A DNA stretch of 64,000 nucleotides, taken from assembly GCF_036321535.1 (NCBI RefSeq), contig NC_087436.1, positions 93,684,001 through 93,748,000 on the forward strand, written 5' to 3'. Shown in pieces: positions 37,881 to 50,410 of this stretch (position 1 is its first letter; each line of letters starts with the position of its first letter). Source of the DNA: Camelus dromedarius. Taxonomy: Eukaryota. The notes beneath the pieces were generated by a model. That model saw only the letters and a program-made list of their open reading frames with translations. It was not told the origin of the DNA and ran no database searches. The position numbers and the translations under genes are program-made.

Positions 37881-38454
37881 TATACTGAACTCTTTAAAAA
37901 GTTGTTTTACGTGTTCCTTTCCACAATGCTCAGATTTGCCATTCTTCATTCCATTATAGTAGTCCACTTAATTAATAGCACCATAATCTGTCTAGACACC
38001 CAGTGACCATAGGAACAATTTCTGGTACTGCAGAGCAGAGCTACAACTTCATAAAAGTAGATGGCTTTTTTTTTTCTTTTAAATTATTGCTTTGGTACAG
38101 GTTGCTAAAACTGGAATTACCAGGTCAAGGGCTATCGGCTTATGGCTTCTGTCACTTATTGCAAAATTGCTTTCCAGAAGGGCTCCGGCTGTACATAATT
38201 CCGTCAGTAATATCCTAGGGCACACCTTTGTCCCCTGCCCACTGCTCTCTAGGCTTTTTCATTCTTGTTCATTCACCTTAGTTTTATTGCATGTGAGCTA
38301 CTACCTCCTACTTTAAAACATTCTCCTCTTAAATTATCATCAAGACAGGACATTTGGTGTGTTAGTTACAAAACCCTGTGTTTATTATGAAACTCTGTGT
38401 TTCTATCCTTTCTGGGCTGGTTTCTTCCTCTTTATTTTCCTATGCATTTTTAAA

Positions 38455-38720
38455 ATAAAAATTTTATTTTGGAATAATGTTAGATTTACAGAAAAGTTGC
38501 AAAGATAGCACAGAGAGTTCCTGTATACCTGTTACCCGTTAGACTCTTACTATGCTTCTCCCAGGGTCCTGTCTTACATAACCACAGTGCCTTTGTCAAA
38601 ACTGAAAAATTAACAGTGCTACGAAACTGTTAACACTTTATTCTGATTTTACCAGTTGTTCTTCCAGGTCCTTTTTCTGTTCCAGGATCTAATTCAGGAC
38701 ACCCAATTGTGTTTAGTCCC
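38455..38720 (-). mobile_element. Old L1 (L1MC-like) 3' fragment
   Basis: tagatttacagaaaagttgcaaagatagcacagagagttcctgtatacc...gtcctttttctgttccaggatctaattcagga. Confidence 0.72.
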
Positions 38721-40969
38721 TCTGCATCTTTTAATTCAAAACAAAATATTTTTCTAAGTAATTTTTTTCTCTTTGTCTATTTTATGTCACTTTTCCACGT
38801 GAAAATGTTTTTAAAATGTACATCCAAACCTTTTGTAGATCATTGCCATGTGTGCTTTACTTGTCAAGAAGGCAGTTTCTTGTCACGGGTGGGCACTTCC
38901 AAATTCCTAGGATTTTGCAGTCTGCCCTCTGCACTCATTCTTAACATCCTAACTCAGCTCTTTAAAACTTTCCTTTCCTCATGGCATGTGGCTTATTGCT
39001 GGCCAAATGCTTGATTTGAATGATAAACACTACAATAAAAGCCAGTTATAATTAAATTGCGGAAAACATAATGCTTTGATAAATATGTACTAATTCCTAA
39101 GAGTTCTTTCCTTTGTGTCACTGTGCTCCAACTTCCGTAAAGGAGGCGTTCTGCCATCTTGTGGACAATATTAAAATTACATCTTTAAAGAAATGGGTAT
39201 TTCATTTGGAATCATTGAATTGCTTATAGCTAGAGGTGACATTAAAGATGACTAATAGGCCTCCTTTACAGGTGAAAAAGTGACTCTCAGAAAAATCTGA
39301 CTATACAGCTTTCCTAGGGCCACACAATTAGTGGTGGAGGTGTTATTCAAAGGTGGATCTCCTGGATCACTGACCACCCACCCCATCCTCCTGTCTTCTC
39401 TGAGTGCATAACAAATCATTTTGAGGATATTTGTGAGGAGAAGTAATTAGAACTGCTTTTAGAACACTGTTCTTTGAAACCCACCATAAAGGAATGGGGC
39501 AAGGAAGATTATATTGTCCCAAAGCATTAAATTCTCTGGATTGCAGCTTCCTCCTCTGTAAAATGAATGTGCTGTCATCTCAGAAGTTACTTCTGGTTCT
39601 GAGAAATTTTCAGATCTGAAATGAAAGTAATAGTCCTGATCTGTGGCATCTGGAGATGAAATAGTTCAGTCTCATCTGCCTCCAAATCTGGAGAAGGAAA
39701 GAAAGAGTAGTTGGAGGCAGGGCTGGAGAGAGAGAGCTGGCTCCCTTTCCTAAACACACACTCTGCCTGTGCCCTGCACTGCCAGGCACTTACATGCAGT
39801 TTTCCTGCAAAAACAAGGCACTGTGGTTATTTCTGCCATATTACAGATAAGAAATTGGTGCTTTGAGCAGGTTAAATAATTCATTTTATCACCCAGCCAG
39901 TAGCTGGTGGAACAGGGACTCGAACTTAGGTGTATTTGGCTTCAAAGTGTAAGATAGTTCATGCCCACCCCCTCCCAGCGATCACTTCCCTGTGCTTTAT
40001 GGTCACTGGCTGCCGGGGGAGTGGGGGGCGGCTTAGGGTGGAGGGAACAGAGATGCTGGAGGTGGGCAGGGTGAGGGGACTGGAGAGTCACTGCTTGAGG
40101 ACAGACTCCCCCTTGCTTTCCACCATCCCCCAGACTCACGTGGTCCAGTCCTTCCCAGTGCTTTGGGACTTTCCTGCCCTTGTTGGGAAATTCAGATTCC
40201 ATTGTTCTGGAGCCGGACAAGGTCCTGCAATTCTGTTAAGCTCTCTGGAGCTGCTGATGCTGCTGGTCTGTACATAGCAGGCTGAGCAGCAACAGTAAAA
40301 AGTTTGAAACCCGATAAATAGGGCATCGTTTCCATGCATGCTCTGCGGGAAAGGAGACACAGCCTTTCTACACAGTACCTCCCAGTTCTGTTATGGCCAC
40401 TTGCAATCAGTTCTCAGCTGCTTCGGGATTTTCTTCCCAGGCACTGTTTTTGTGAAAGCTTTGCTTGTCTCCTTAATCTTCTGTTGTAACCTGACCCCAG
40501 GTGGAGAGAAAAGGGGAGGGGATGATGCAAATCAGTTGTCAGTAGGTTTGGTGGAGGAGCTTTCTGGAATGAATGGTCAATGAATCTGACATTCTAACAT
40601 TCTTCTGTAAGCTTTATATATTTATCTGTGCCCTCCCTGGGTTCCTATTAGCATAGATTTTCCCGAAGTAATTATATTAGTGGCTACTGACTAGATTAAC
40701 ACTAATAAATAAACAGGAAGGGGTAGGAAGTATCTTTTCTCATTCAGATTTATTTCTGGTCTGTGTAGCAAATTCATTATCATTACTTAGCATTTATATG
40801 GGATTTTATGTCTGCATGTCGTACTTATAATTGATTTTTCTTCACATGGCACAGGTTTTTTTTTTTCTTTCAGAAATACTGATGTGTGTGAGAAGTTTGG
40901 ATTTGATTTCTGTTGTCGATTTATTAATTGAGACAAAAACGTTTATTGACTGTTTAATGTTAAAGGAGA

Positions 40970-41200
40970 AGCTATGTGTTTCAATGGCTAAGAGTGTGGA
41001 CTCTGGGCCCAGACTGCCTTGGTTCAAAGCCAGTCTCTACTACTTACTTAGCTGGGTGACCTTGGGCAAGTAACTTAGCCTCTCTGTGCCTCAGTTTCCT
41101 CATCTGTAGAGTGGGTATAATAGTACCTACCCCACATGGCTACTGTAAACATTAAGGGAGTTGATGTATACATAAGATACATGTCAAGTGCAGAGAACCA
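40970..41200 (+). mobile_element. MIR SINE
   Basis: gctgggtgaccttgggcaagtaacttagcctctctgtgcctcagtttcctcatctgta core. Confidence 0.88.
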
Positions 41201-41599
41201 TCCTTGTCATACTTTGTGCATTGGCCATATGACTATTCTGTTACCAGGAGGAATGGCTATGTCCCCTGCCTTTAGGGGGCAGACAACAAACAGGCAAATT
41301 CAATGCATTGTTCGAAGTGCTGAGTTATCCTGTCATGAATGGATGCTGTGCCAGGGACATCTTCCCTGGCTGGGAGTGAGGGGTGGTTTATGTGGTTTTC
41401 CAGAAGGATATAATCCCTAAACTGAGTATACTTGCACTGCAGCAGGATTTAGTGATTCTCTCCCAAAATGTAAATGTAAGTGCAGAAGATTAAAAAATAA
41501 TTTTATATGTAATTTTATGTTTGTTTTCAGCAAATGCTTTTAGGAACAGATCTATTAAGATGAGGCCCATACATATTTGTCCAGTACTGTAGATAACAT

Positions 41600-42170
41600 T
41601 GTTTCTGTTGTCTATTCCTATGTACACATGTAATAAACTGTGCCAAAACTCGGTAGTTTAAAACAGCCATTTATTTCGCTCATGAAATAAATGTTGTGGG
41701 TTGAGGAATCTGGGGAGGGTTCAGTGGTGCAGTTCCTTTATGGTCCACATGGGGGCAGCCGGGGGCAGGCAGGGCTGGAGGATCCACTTCCAAGATGGCT
41801 TCCTCACTCACGTGCCCACTGGCTCAGTGTTCCTTGGCCTCTGTCTTCACGTGGCGTCTCATCCTCCAGGGCCTCTCCGTGTAGCTTGGGGGTTCTCACA
41901 GTGGTGATCTCTAGGTAGGCAGGTGTACTTCTCACATGGTGTCTGATTTCCAAGAAGCAGGAAGCTGAAGCCACCAGATGCGACAAGGCTGTCCCTGGAG
42001 GTGGCACCACACCACGTCCACCAGTTGTGTTGATGCGCGCAGTCACTGCCCAGACCCAGGGTGGAGACAGGACTTCACCGCTGGAGGGAGAGCGTCAAGG
42101 GCACACGGCAGAGAGCTTGTAGGACGGGGGGGTCTTTATTGCTTCTATCTTTGGGGCACACAGTCTATGA
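41600..42170 (-). mobile_element. MaLR LTR (MLT1F/G/H-like)
   Basis: tttaaaacagccatttatt...gggctggaggatccacttccaagatggcttcctcactcac motifs. Confidence 0.7.
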
Positions 42171-43739
42171 CAGATGTCATTCCCACATTTCAGTCATTCA
42201 GCGAAAATGTCCTGAGTGAAGGGCATGACTGTCAACACAGTTGAATCAAGAAACCAAAGCACAGAGCCAGTGACGGACAGACTAAGTCCCGGCAGAATGA
42301 GGTTCATCCTCTCACACATGGCTTTTAGGCTGACATTCGCAAAGAGAAGTTCAGGACCATCTCATTCAAGCTTTAGGAGAGGTGGGGGAGCAGAGAGGCA
42401 GTCACACAGCTGGGCTGGGATGAGAAGGACTCAGGCCAGGCTCCTGACCCTCGTCCAGAATGGTTTTCTACTGAGTAGAGCGACACTCACTGCCTCTTGG
42501 ACACCGAGCCGTGGGCCTTCGATACTCGTTTTGTCTCTCGGCCCAGAGGACAGCTTTTGTGTTTCTAAAACTGTTTTCCTCCCTTTATTTGCCAACATGG
42601 CCACGGCCTGATGCTGTGTTGCTGGCAGGACCACGGCTCCCTTTCCTTTATTAACTTCTGGTCACTACACTTGCCTGAATGAGCAGTCGAGGAATTGGCA
42701 GCCAGGCCAGCCCCCGGGTTTTGAAAGGCGCTGTTGAAACGAGCTGCATTGTTGTCCGACCGTTGGCAGCTGTACCGTGTGGCTGGCCGATGCCTGGCAG
42801 GGCTGATTCAGGAGGGGCGGACCTCCCTCTCCCCCCGAAGGAGGGCAGCAGGAGACGGGTGGGGTGATGGGTGGCGGCCAGCGGTAGGGGTGGAGACGGT
42901 TGTCCTGAGAGTGCAGGGGAGTGGCAGGTGCATGAACCCTGCCCCTGGGATCCTGGCAGAGGATTCCAGGCCATGGCAGTGTGGTTTCACCAGCCCTGGG
43001 GCACGCCACCTTGTTAATAAGTGAAGATGGTCCCAGATCTGAAGAGCCTTAGGCAGGAGCGGCAGCGTTGCCTTCATCCGGCAGGGCTGGGTCCTCCAGG
43101 AAGAGGCTCTGGTGTCCTGAAGCTGCCGTTCCAAGGCTGCCTGGAGGACGGCCAGCACATACCAGTCCTCCTTCTCTTGATGCTGGTGCAGTATTGAGGT
43201 AGTCCTGTGAATATTTCTTATTTATTTGCAGTTACTAAACTTGATAGAGAAATGATGGTTCTTCCCATGGGACTGTTAGCATAATTCAGACCCTGAGCCA
43301 TTTTAGGTCAGCCACACTGTCCCCTCACTCCTACGACTCCTATGTAAAATCTCATCAAAGTGTGAAGCCACAAAGATCAGAGCCTGAGTTCTTCCTCTGC
43401 TCCAGGCTCTGCTGCTTCCAAGGAAAACATTTCAGTCATCAGGCTTGCCCGTTTTCAGTCTCTAAACTGACACGAGGAGTGACTGCTCTCAGCGAGCATC
43501 TGCAACCAAGTCATCTGTCCATCCGTCCTGCGTATGTGTGCAACATGGCTTAAATTCAACCAGACCGGGGAGGGGAGCAAAAGAAAATAATACAGCAGAG
43601 AAAATGGTGATCTCACTTAAGAATGACAGTTACCATGTTACTGGGATTGAAGGAGGAGACAACTTGCAGCTGTCTGTGGAATTTCAGTTGCCTCCTGTTG
43701 AAGGAGACATTTTAGATAACCCATAAATAATTTAAATTG

Positions 43740-44265
43740 ACAATCTAAGTGTCCATCAACAGGTGGGTGGATAAAGAAGATGTGATATGTATATACAAAG
43801 GAATATGACTCTGCCACAAGAAAGAAATCTTGGCATTTGTGACAACATGGATGGATCTTGAGGGTGTTATGCTAAATGAGATAAGTCAGACAAAGACAAA
43901 TAACGTATGATTTCTCTTATATGTGGAATCTAAAAAAGCCCAACTCAGGAATGGAGGTTACCAGGGGCCGGGGAATGGGGGAAACTGGGAGATGTTAAGG
44001 GTATACACCTGCAACTAGTAGGTAAATACATCGTGGAGACCTGCATGGTGTAGTGATTATGGTCAACAGTGCTGTGCTGTGAACGTCAAAGTTGCCGAGA
44101 CTAGACCTTGATTGTTCCACCACAAGAAAGAAATGATTTTGTGGTGTGATAGAGGTGTTAACGAACGCTATGGTGGTGGTCATACTGCAGTAGATAAATG
44201 TGTCAAATCAGCAACGTTGTACACCCTAGACTTACACCATGTTATTTACCAACTATATCTCAATT
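43740..44265 (+). mobile_element. L1 3' region (L1MA/MB-like): ORF2 C-terminal relic plus 3'UTR
   Basis: aatctaagtgtccatcaacagg...tggataaagaagatgtg...acaacatggatggatcttgaggg...atgctaaatgagataagtcagaca. Confidence 0.88.
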
Positions 44266-47200
44266 TTTTAATTAACTAATTTCAAAAATGACTCAGTCGG
44301 GCACTGCTGGGTGCTTTACTTGCAGCAGCAGGTCATCTGATTCTCAGAACAACCCTGCGAGGGAGGGGATGTTACCATTCCCATTTTACAGATGAGGAAA
44401 TTGAGATTCAAAGAACCCAAGTCTCTTTTCTAAAATCACCAACCTGTTATATGGAGGAACTGAAATTTGAGCATGAAGCAGACTCTAAAGCCTGTGTTCT
44501 GACAATAAAATCACAATGATGATTGCTAACAGCCCTTGAGCATTTCGTAGTTTGGGGCACAGGCACCACAGGGTGGCTTGGGGCCCTTGTCGGTAAGCTC
44601 TGTTTCTGTCTTTCAGGCTCATTGGCGCCTCTGTAAAAGGCAATCGGCAGACACCCACTGCTGCCACCACTGTCCTGCTTTCCCACAAGCCCTGTGAGCT
44701 TTGTTCTCTTATTTCTCCCATTTTTAGTTGAAACTTAGGTGACCTGCCCACAGTTCCACAGCTGATAAATGGCAGAGCTGAGATTTGAACCCAGGCAGCC
44801 TGGGTTCAGAGACCAAGCGCTTAATCTCTGGGCTGTCTCATCTGAAGACATGCAACTGTGTTAAAGATTGAGAGGAAATAAAATACGGCTTTTCGTGCGT
44901 GTGCGTGTATGTGTGTGTGTGTGTGTGTATGTGTTAGTGGACAATAGAGGAAAAACAAGCCAGAGTCTTCATCCCTAAGGCAGGGCCGTGTTCCAAGGGG
45001 AAAGGGTATGAAGTAGGAGCTGGAAAGGCTAGATTCTGGCCCCAGTACCGTGGGTGATGAGCTGTGTGACTTTATTAACCGCTCTGAACATCACTTTTCT
45101 CTTCTGTAAAACGGATGGCGTTAATGTGTGGTCTGGGAAACGCACAGTATTATTGTGAGGACACAGTAAGATGCGATAGATAGAAATGCTTTGCTGTACA
45201 GCCCTAACTAAACATAACGCCTGATTTTGGTCTTTCAAAAGTTTCTTTAAAACATTCTGATGTATTCGTTCTCAGGAGTCCCATCAGTCATGATGAGTTA
45301 CCCGTTTTTGCTGCTGTGTGGATCGAGCCCGCTGCAGGCGGTGTGGGGTGCAGCCCTGTCCCAGGGGTGCCGTCCACCCTACCCCTTTCTCTCTATTCAG
45401 TAAGTCTGGGAATCATTTCAGCAGCGGCATATTACAATGTGTCATAGCTCAAGTTAAGCAGCAGTGCTTTTTTCCTAGACTTCAGAAAAAAATTAAAATG
45501 GGAAATGTCTGGCAACACACTGGTGATTAATGAAAATGCAGATAATACCAGCTTATATAAGTTATATGAGGAGTTTTAATCTAATTTTCAGAAAGCATTA
45601 GTGATGATATGAAGAAAGAGTTTTAATCTAATTTTTGGAAAGGAGATAGTGATGGTCTGTGTCAATGCGGCTGAGTGTTTTTTGGCCTCATGTTATAGAC
45701 AAAACCGTGAAACGATTTTTTTGACTGGTTGCGATGTTTGTGTGCGTGTGTGTGTGTGTGAGAGAGATTTCTTATTTCACACAGAACATATTACTCTCCC
45801 CTTTTTCTGTATGTTAAGGCACGTTTATGTTAAGCCTTCATCAGTTCAGAATTCCTTGGCGGCCCAGCCGGAATGGCAGTGAAGCACTTGAGTTCAGTAA
45901 AGCAAGCCTTCTCTTCCTAGTGCTTGCCTACAAGCCCAGGCCAGGCTCAGCCCCAGAGTTCTGGCTAAAAAGATTTGGGCTTCAGCCACCAGGGGCTTTA
46001 TACTAGCCTTTAAAAAAAAAAAAAAACAAAAACAAAACAAACAAAAAAAAAAACTTATTCCAAAGTTCTGTGTGCATATTATTGGCATTGAGGTTGCCCC
46101 CCTTTTACAGGAAATGAGATTCCTCCTTCCTTGGTTGGCCACTTCTCCCCAGTGTTTGCAGTGATTTTAAAGATTACAAAGATTGCTCAAAAGTGGGGGA
46201 TTGCAACAAATTCTGGCCTCCTGCTGTTAACAGCATTAAAATACTTACTGTCCACAAGATAAGGCTGTTGATAATGTAGCATCTATAAAACATTTTACCA
46301 AAACTCTTTTTTTAAAAAAACTTATTAAAAAGTTAACATGAGTTGTGAGGGGCGGAATTTGACACAGGAAGCTGAGAAATCTTTGCAGACCCCTCTGGAA
46401 GATTTAAGTCTGCTGAGGTGAGCATGTGCCCGCGCTAACTGTATGCTAGCGGGACGGTGATGTGCGAGGTGGTGCTGGCCCCGTTCCCACCAGGGGAAGC
46501 TGTGTAGAGTTAAGGCAATGTGGTTTCGCCAGCCCTGGGGCACGCCACCTTGTTAATAAGTGAAGATATTCTCGAGACAGAAAAATACATTTTATTTTGT
46601 GTCCTCTTTTATGTACTTAAATAGGACTGCCATCTTCTTCTTCAAGATGTAAAGACTCTTCCCAAAGCAGTTTGAAAAACGGGATGGTTGAGGGTCTCCT
46701 ATATTGTCATGGAATAAGTGTCCCAGAGGTTGCATTTTGCATGCAGAATCGGAACCTAGATACAGAATAAACTTCGTGCCTCTAGTCTGGTCATCTCTGT
46801 TGAAAGAGGAAGGTCCCTGGGGACAATTAACTCATCATCCAGATTTTTAAGCTTTGCCCCAGGGGTAAAGAGCCCACAGCCCCCTTGTTTTAACATCTTT
46901 TTTCCTTAAGAAGTTCACCGTCAGCACTTTCCGTTTCTCCTTGCCGTTCCAGAGCCCCCGCCTCTTGCTTGATACTCTGTGTAGAAGGACAACTTCGGGC
47001 TGCATTTTCCCCACATTTATTCGAATACTTCACAATAATCTTATTGTTCTCTGCGAAAATTAATCGAGACGTTCTCTGTCTTTCTTTATAAATCACAGGA
47101 TTCATATCGCTTTGGTTAGTTTTGGTGATTTTTCTCAGGATACCTTGCGTCTTCTCATTAGAGGAAAAGCGAACTAACAGGTGCTAAGTGCTGATGATGT

Positions 47201-48249
47201 AAGTGGCAGTTACTCAGGCAATGTGGGAGGAGGAGGAAAAAGCACACATGAGGGGTCTGTGGCCTCCAGTGGCTACTGGGGGAGGTCGCAAGGGGTAGTG
47301 GAAGGGGTACGGTGTTGAGAGTCAGGAGACCCCATGGCTCACCTGTACCTGCCGCTCACGGGCCGGGAGACCCTGGGCAGGTCACTGCCCTCCCGATGGG
47401 CTGCATCAGTCAAGCAAAGGCGACAAGCAGAGCTTTGAGTTCAGCTCTGAAAGCAAGTCTCAGAAGCTAATGGGGAAAGCGGCATTAATTCAAAGAATAG
47501 CAGAGCATGAAAGAGATGAGAGGCTGAGTTTCTCCAGCAGGAGTCCAGGAAGAGGGGAGATAAGTTTGGAAATGTGGCTTCTCCTTGCCCTTGGACCAGC
47601 AGTCTCTGGCCCAAATAGATAGACCCCATCCCAGGTCCTTTCAGGGGCAGAGTTGCTGTTGTCCTGCAAGCAGCAGTAATGAGCAGCACTGCTCTGGCTT
47701 CTGCCGGGAAGCCTGCCTGCAGGAGCCAGGCTGTGTACCCTAAATAATGCAGAGTTCTCCCTCCCTCCCTCCCCTGCCTCCTCCCAGCACGAACTCCTCT
47801 CCACCCCTGTCTTCGAGTCAGGCCTCCCGCAAAGCTTGCCTCCACTGACTGCTTCCTTCCTTCCTTCCTTCCTACCATCTCAAGGCTCTGTGACAGGATC
47901 TGATCTGCAGTCGCTTCTCCTCGTGGAATTCTGGGAACCCCTGGCCTTGCAGCGTTCTCTGGGCCCCTCCTTCTCCATGGTTCTTTTGTGTGATCACCGG
48001 GGTTGATCTTAGAGTAGTTTCCAGGTAACAGAGCTCCTGGGCTCCGTGTTCCCTTGTGTGCACACACAGGGTAAAACCTGAGTACGTTTGAGACACAGGT
48101 GTGTCATCTGTCTGTGACGAGGGGTCACACAGAGGCTCTTCAATCTGTTTGTCTTCAGGTGGAGCCAAATACGTCTAATCCTCAGACATGTTGTCATCTC
48201 TGGGAGCAGGTTTTTAGCCTTTATTCTAGTCTCCTGAAAATGTCCTCCT

Positions 48250-48412
48250 GGGGGGAAGGTATAGCTCAGTGGTAGAGTGTGTGCTTAGCATACACAGGGT
48301 CCTTGGGTTCAATCCCCAGCACCTCCATTTAAGTAAATAAATAACCTAATTACCTCCCCCCAAAATTAAAAAAAATAATAATAAATACATTTTTAAAAGA
48401 ATGATACTATTT
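48250..48412 (+). mobile_element. tRNA-derived SINE (Vic-1-like)
   Basis: gggggaaggtatagctcagtggtagagtgtgtgcttagcat...gggttcaatccccagcacctcc, A-rich tail; TSD aaaa(t/a)gtcctcct at 48237-48249 and 48413-48425. Confidence 0.92.
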
Positions 48413-48427
48413 AAAAAGTCCTCCTTT

Positions 48428-48584
48428 TCTTAACCTTTTTTATTGATTTATAATCATTTTACAATGTTGTGTCAAATTCCAGTGTAGAGCACAATTTTTC
48501 AGTTATACATGAATACATACATATTCATTATCACATTTTTTTCTCTGTGAGCTACTATAGTATCTTGTGTATATATTCCCTGTG
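48428..48584 (-). mobile_element. 5'-truncated lineage-specific L1 3' end
   Basis: ttttttattgatttataatcattttacaatgttgtgtcaaattccagtgtagagcac...atattccctgtg; TSD aaaagtcctccttt at 48414-48427 and 48585-48598. Confidence 0.85.
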
Positions 48585-49756
48585 AAAAGTCCTCCTTTAT
48601 AATATCTCAGTTCTGTGTGCATACATTCCCACCCTGTGAATTCAGTGTATCTAATTTAAAGCCAATTCTTTAAAACAACTACGTAACATTTTCTTCTTGA
48701 ATTGCCATAAACATCTTGGAAGAGCGTCTGTTCATACTCACTTCCTTTTTGTGTTACACAGCGAGTCCAGTTGGTTGGGGACCATGTCAGTAAGTGGCGG
48801 TGGCTAAGGGAACCCCTTCAGGACAGCCTTCCGCTCCCGCTCCTCCCCCTGCAGGGTAGGTGCTCGTTCTTGGCGGCAGCGGCTCTGAGCAGCGGCTCGG
48901 GACTCGGGTTCACTCGTCTGTGGAGTGAGGCGCTCGGGTTCTAGGTCCTCGGAGCCCTTGTGCCCTGGGTCCTGTGTCCTGAGTGTGCCGTGCAGACTTC
49001 TAGGAGCCATCTTCAGAGCGAGATCGTGAGTGCTCCCTCAGGGCTGCTCAGTCAGCAGCCGTGCTGTCAGTTGAGGTCTTCGGAGGTCTTCGTAGGTCTT
49101 CGCACTTTTTGAGTTCACTGCATCATCTCAGACACTTAAGTTGCAGGGGTTTTTGTTTCGTGGTGAGCAGTACAATAAAACCTTTCTGATAAGCCAGCAG
49201 TAGGAACTCCTGTCAGTCCCAGTGATGGTAACGGTAGTAGCTTTTACCAGGCACCAAATAGGTTCAAAGCCTGCTCCACTTGTGTGAGCTCGTTCAGCCC
49301 TCACAGCTCTCAGATTCTGTGCTCAGGGGTGGAGGTGACTGCAGACCAGGCGCCTGCCTTCATGTAATCTGTGTTCCAGTGTGACGAGAGGGAGCACAGC
49401 AAAACACAGAAGTGGAATACATGTACATCAGGTGAAAATATTTGCTATGGAGAAAAATTAAGTAGGGAAGAGAGCTAGGCAGCGCCCAGAAGGAATACAG
49501 GTTTAAATAGTCTTGGAAGGCCTTTCGAGAAGGTGACATTGAGTAAGATGTGAGGGAGGGAACTAGGGAGATGAGGAGACAAGCCCAAGGTAAGCCCATG
49601 CCTGGGGGAGGAGGGGTTTGCCTGGGGGCCAGTGACAAGAACCCAGGGCTTCGTGGTTCCTGGTCCCACCTACACCTGATGATACCAGGATCCAGAAAGC
49701 TTAGAGTGACCAAGTCCTGCGCCCCTCCATCCTTGCTCTAGGAGGGAGGGCAGGTA

Positions 49757-50410
49757 TAATTGATTCCTGCTACGATAGTGGGTCTATAAAGTTCTTTAAA
49801 AGCACTGCCAACATTGAATTAGCAAATACTGAAATACAGCATTCCTAGCGAACATTCAGGGTTAGGTTCCTGCCAGCCTCTGGTCACATTTCCGTCAGCC
49901 TGTCGATACATAACCTTATTTTATGTGTGTTTGTGTTTAAAGACACCTCATTTGATAGATATTGATTAATATGTATGATTCATTAACCTTGTGCTCACAG
50001 CCAGCAGCACAGTGGCTCACACCTGGACAGAGCTTATCTAACACACAGATTTTCCCCGTGAAGCACATCACAGCCTTCTTGTGCTTGGGAACATGAGACA
50101 GTAAGCACTTCAGCACTACCCCCTGGGCCATTTTAAACAGCAAAATCACCAAGAGAAAGTACAAAGATCCAAAATGAGAGATGCTAAATAGACGATGGGA
50201 AGGACACTTGTTTGCAGCAAGAGAGGTTGTGTGGGCTGTGCAGCCTCAGCTGGGACGTGCACGTCACGCGGCTTAGGTTTTTTTGCCACTCTTTGCATGC
50301 CTGTGAGAGAGCACAGAAGCGCCACGTGTATTCATCTGCAGGTTGCAGATAAATTTTGGTGAGTAGGTAAATGTGCAGATACGGAATCTGCAAATAATGA
50401 GGATCAGCTG
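49757..50410 (-). mobile_element. TcMar-Tigger non-autonomous element (MER82-like)
   Basis: Minus-strand start cagctgatcctcattatttgcagattccgtat; internal aaggctgtgatgtgc...gtgtgttagataagc; about 650 bp. Confidence 0.78.

Noticed and set aside
48250..48330. tRNA gene (A and B boxes)
   Set aside because: It has a SINE body, A-rich tail, TSD and four paralogues in the window, so it is a tRNA-derived SINE.
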